Origin: Raillietiella orientalis | Lineage: Eukaryota | Direction of reading: 5' to 3' | Length of the DNA: 64,000 bases | Assembly (NCBI GenBank): GCA_036172245.1 | Contig: JAYWIR010000035.1 | Coordinates: 310,001-374,000 of the forward strand | Shown: one piece after another, positions 59,086-64,000 of the stretch | Layout: the number at the start of each line of letters is the position of its first letter | Numbering within the stretch: the stretch's first letter is position 1 | Program-made: the position numbers and the translations under genes | The notes under the pieces: generated by a model | Told to the model about the DNA's origin: nothing | Database searches by the model: none | Seen by the model: the letters and a program-made list of their open reading frames with translations, nothing else

Positions 59086-62000
59086 CTGTGAGCGCCCGTT
59101 TCTCCTTTAGAAAGCGCTTTGAGACCAGCATGCACGTGCGCTGCCTCTTTCCTCTCCGCCAAAAGCGCTCAAGTCAGCGGCGGCCTCAGTGGCCCTCTTC
59201 TCTCATTCATCCTACGTCTCCTAAGAATGCGGCTTGCTGCACCCGTGCGTTTTCAACACGGCAGGTTCGATGCTGTTACCTCGATGACGGTCAGACAGAT
59301 GACATTCTTTGGATTAGATCTTCGGAACAGATGAGATTCTATCAAGCGATTCCGTGGTCACTCCCTCCTGAATCTCTCTTCGTTTTCTTCTGTGAATTAC
59401 TTTCAGAATTGCGAAAGCATCTAACAATTGTAATATTCGTGAGGTGCCCTAGGTGAACACCATCCAGAGGCTGCGAGATGTATTCTTTCTTTCTTCGTCC
59501 TTGTACAGAGCATCACGCGATGAAAGCTCATGACATTTGTCACCTCTCTATCATAAATTATGAGAGGCACTATTTTTTTTCTTCAAGAAAAAAGGGTCAA
59601 CTTTTTTTTTGCCGTGGCATTTTTTCCCCACAGACCAAAAGCCATCACTTGTAAGACTGCTAAAAATTTTGATTCGATTCCCAGAGCAGATCTGGAATTC
59701 TCTTCGCCACCCGTCTTTCTGGAGACGTTGCTACCTGAGCAGCCCACAGGAGGGAAGTTCGTGGCTTCCTGCTTTCGGCTTTTCGTCTACCATCTCCACT
59801 TGTAACATCTGATGGGGGTCTGATGTTTACAAAAAAATAAAATCTGATGATGCCAAAAGAATCAAGGAAAGATGAAAGACCAGGAGAGCTTTTAAGGGCA
59901 TGGGCTAATTTTCTCTGACCGTGACCCGCCGTGACGGTTGGGAGACCAGCTTTCGTGAAGGAAGTCTCATTTTACTCAGAAGTCACTCTCCTGGCGCCGA
60001 ATTTTGGCGTATTCCATTCGCCAATTCCAACTTGCCATCCTGCGGCAAAAGGAAACGGTCTGCCACTGAATGGGAATCGGACCAGGAGGCGAACCCTTCT
60101 TGAGACTCAGGAGAGAGCGACTGGCCACAGACTAACTTGAACAGTGAGAAGACACGCGTAATCCTTGCTCAGCTGTCTTTGCTACGGTGTTTCTTGACGA
60201 TTGAGAAAAGTGCTTGGCGGGCTTCCAGTTCTGCAAGAAAACCCTTTCTTCCAGAAATAAAGGAAGACACAGCACGTCTTTGAACTCTCGGACTTTTATG
60301 CAATCAGGTGTTTTTTTTCGACGCAATGGAAGATCGTTCCTCTAAACATCTTCCGAAATAATGTATGTATTTAAATGATGTGTTTCATAGTCTCGAATTA
60401 GCGTGCTCTGCACCTCTCTCTATATGGATTTCTGCTTGAAAAAACACGTCTCATTCTGCATGGAGGGTCGAATGGAAGGATGGAAGAATTAGGAAGAACA
60501 GTTTTTTGCTTAACTTTTTTATGATTGCTTGTTTTTATTCTTTTTTTGTTTTCTGACTTGGCTTAAAAATTCGAATTCCTCCTACCCGTGACTTTAAGGA
60601 ATTGTCCTTGTCATGGGCTTGTCATTGAAAGATTCATCGCCGCCGCCTTGGCAGCAAATGAAAGAAAAAAAGGACAAACGCGTGGAGATCTTTCCAAGGA
60701 TGCTAAATAATAAAATAAAGATATCGTTTTCCCAATCAATGCTCCTGGGATTCTTTCGTTTGGGGGTGCTAAATTTTTTGGCCTGTTCACTTTCGAAATG
60801 GCGTTTCTTCTTCAAGAAATTTCCCCCGTTTACCATGATTTGTTCCCTCCCCCGAGGGATCTTTTTTCTAAACGAACAAGGCGCCAGATGACCTGGGATT
60901 GAGATGAGAACTGCGGAATTTCGGACGTGTCACGAATCTTCGACCCAGGATTTCGTTGTTTGCATTAACGGATGCGTTCGCGGGAGCAGACTCAGGTAAG
61001 CTCAAAGCTGAAAGCTGTCCCATGCGAATTTCCTCTTCTGTTCTGAGTGATTCGTCGCTCGCAGTTTTGGGATGCGGATGATTCGGAGGAAGATGATTCT
61101 TGAACGGAAAGATGATGTAGCAAAGCACGCAGGTGAAAGTCCCAATAATCCTGCAGCATGCGAAAAATGCCGCTGTTTCTGCCGCAAAGACACTTCTTCG
61201 CTCGATACCACCATTTCTGATGCTTGGAAACGAAATCGCACAGACTGGAATATAGGAAAATCACCGCGCACACATGGAATGCTACCTTGATCATCCTGTC
61301 CACCTACCCATTCCCATTTACCTATTCCCCAATGTGTCCTTTTTAGTGTTCTTGGATGTCTGAGTACATTCGTATTCATGTATGCGCTGAAGAGTTTGAC
61401 TTGGAATCATTCGGTTCTCTCTCACTTATAAGAATGCTGTGGGCTTCCGCATTTTGAGAACGTCCTTTCTCACCCATGCACCATCCAGCTTCCATCTATC
61501 CTCATGCTTTATCCCTTATCAGTCTACTTGGAAGCCTGACAGAACAACCGCGAAATTTTTGCTGATTGTACTGTGCCCTTCGAGAAGTACTTCGGTGTAT
61601 CCATCAGCGCAGATTTGCTAAATGTATCAAAGCGATGAAATACATTCAGAATCAGAGTGGGAGGGAATCCTTTCGTGCGGCTCTGATGTCTTAAAAAGAC
61701 AAAAGTGTTTTGAAGAATTAAAACTTCACCTTGAACAGCACGCCTACTAAAGCACGCCTACAGCACGCCCTTTGCAAAATAAAAACACACACACAACTGG
61801 GGAAATGTTCTTCATCTTCCGTGGTACTGATCATTTTCAAGTCACACTAAATGCTCCGCATGCACGTGGGATATGCTGCAACTTTTCAGCGGCAGCCTAT
61901 TCACAACAGTAAGAAGTAAACCATGGTTCCCCATCCCTTGGGTTCCTCCCCACATGCTTGAGGGAGATCGATTTTCCTCCTCGCCTTCTGTCCACAGTGG

Positions 62001-63089
62001 TATCTTGAGTGTGTGCAGAGGAGCAACAGAAAATGCTCTGCGATTTCCGTTTCTCATCTCGGTCCAGCGTAATCAACAGCAGACCACTTCGCAACAGCAA
62101 AAAGCTGATGAAAACCAGAGGTTTCTTTCTCACCGGGTCGAAAAGTGGAGTTCACGTGCTTCGCACCTACCAAAAAAAAAAAAGGTAGCGTGATGGAAAA
62201 TCAGGTGGTGGAATTTGAGATCTTCCCATCCCTTCCTCTTCGAGCACACTCGCACAATCATTCTGTAGTCTTTCGTAAGGCATCTCCTGTTGACCGCAGG
62301 TTGCTTACGCGAAACGAGCGAGATGTTTGGCTTTGGAATGCAAGTGAGCCTTCTGTCTTCCTGCACGAGCTTTAGGTGCTCAAGGGGCTTCTGGCATCTG
62401 CTTTTACAGAATGTAAAAGGGAAAACAGAGATGCTAACTGATTTATAAGACGGTGCGGATTTTCAGAGAGCGGAAAGTCTCGCTCAGGAAGAAATCGAGA
62501 ACACGCACAATTGCACAAGAACGCAAAACAGGAAATATCAGGAGAGTGTTACTGCGAAATGCCTTGGAGGGCAGATGACGCTATCAGAAAACTTGCTTCT
62601 CGTGATGCAACTGATGGGAAGAGGCCCACCCAGGAACTCGAAGGAAAACGAGAATTCGGGGACGCACTCTAACGGGTAATCACTGAAATTCCTTTACCAT
62701 AGGATCCCATGTTTTCCTTTCTTCTTCATTCAGAATGATGTGTTAAGAATGCTAGGTTCATCAGTAATGAGAATGAATGCCAAAGAGTAATCGCAACACC
62801 TCCCTTTACGTATACCGGGGTAAGTCGACAAAAATGGTGAATAAATGAAAGAGTGAGCAAGCAGTGGATGCTTGGATTTCTAACTGTATCTTGATGCACT
62901 GAAAATCCATAGCTGGTGTTCTCATCTAGAGCAATTAGGAAAAGTTCATCAAAAAGGGAATCCGCTTCTCTACAATGGTGCTGGCAAAGATGGTGACGCT
63001 TGAAATCATAAAAGAAATCTAGAGTCCCTTCTGAGATCAGGAAATGGCGAATTCAGGATCTCCCTGAATCCTTAAAGGAGTTTTTGTAT

Positions 63090-63560
63090 CAAAAAACAAC
63101 AGACCGGGAAAATGCACAGGAATTAGTTCCTCAACACATTCAAGGTCGCGTCTAATCAGATTCCGTAGATCGCGCAACGATTACAAAGCCGTCTCTACTT
63201 TTTGAGGTTGCCGTTAGTTTTTTGTCTTTGCATGCGTGCAACAAATGCTCAGCGCCTAAGGCCTGAATAGCGAAACTCATCTGGCCAGAGATGCAGCACA
63301 CCCTCAACCTGCACAAAATCTTGGTAGAAATCAGAGGATGAATTTCCAGTATGCAGTTGCTCCATGACGTTCCTTTTCCTCAATTCAGAAATGAGGGACT
63401 CGACTTTAAATAAACTTGGCAATCCTGATAAATAAGCATTTGTATGATGCAAACGAGAACAAAGAAACCAAGTTGAGATAACAAAACACTCTTTGAAGAG
63501 GATCAAGAATCTATTACGGAGTTCAAAGACGAGCATCGACCCAACACAAAATTCCCCAGA
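63090..63560 (-). mobile_element. Possible decayed hAT transposase C-terminus (dimerisation domain)
   Basis: LVFELRNRF followed by AEHLLHACKDKKL and RL.. relics resembling ELxxRF...AERSFSxLKxxK. Weak. Confidence 0.3.
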
Positions 63561-64000
63561 TCATTCTGGCTGCTACCTTCCTACAAAGTCCACACCTTGA
63601 CAACCGAGTGTTCGATTCTTAGAACGAAAAGGAAGTTCCTATTGATTAGATTTTTAGGTTTGTTGTATTGACGTATAAATGAGTTGTGATAAAATCAATT
63701 AATGTAAAAATCCAGATGTAGAATAACGTAGAATCTAGAATCTTGAATGCACAGATTCTGTAAAAGAGTACCTCGACTCACAGAAGCATCGAAAGGATTT
63801 TTAAAATGAAAACGGAAAAGTACGAAGACCATAAAGATGAAACTGAATTAAGCTTTTAAAAGAAAATTATTTACCTCAAATGTTCACTAAGTTTACAAAA
63901 AAATAAAAACTAAATCATAGGGATCAAATTTTTCGAAACAAGCAAACTAGAGGTTTTCTGAAAGGTCATCAAAGTTAGAAACGAGTAATACAACCTTTTT

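Noticed and set aside
60880..61105. Spliced coding exons around a GTAAGC...CTCGCAG intron
   Set aside because: Splice signals look plausible, but the frames contain stops and give no recognisable protein.

Overview
This is a eukaryotic window, almost certainly arthropod judging from the H2B-type N-terminus. It holds one intact protein-coding gene: a 12-exon SLC13/Indy-family Na+-dicarboxylate/citrate transporter on the + strand (CDS 23613-43514; 1743 nt spliced by hand, 580 aa; all introns GT-AG, 45 nt to 6.2 kb). The rest is a dense graveyard of mobile elements. There are four decayed RLE-type (R2/NeSL/HERO-like) non-LTR retrotransposon remnants, an isolated RT fragment, an APE-type LINE fragment, a fold-back mariner remnant, a hAT/Charlie MITE, hAT transposase relics and an intronic histone H2B pseudogene. 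The most unusual item is a family of L1/Tx1-like elements, with three clear copies plus fragments. Two diverged copies share a tRNA-like (Pol III A/B-box) head fused to the 3' part of ORF2. All three end in a conserved TTTATT-loop-AATAAA hairpin plus a YGCC-N-GGCR palindrome rather than a poly(A) tail. Almost all ORFs in the supplied track are spurious. All family assignments come from motif recognition by eye, not database searches, and boundaries of decayed elements are approximate.
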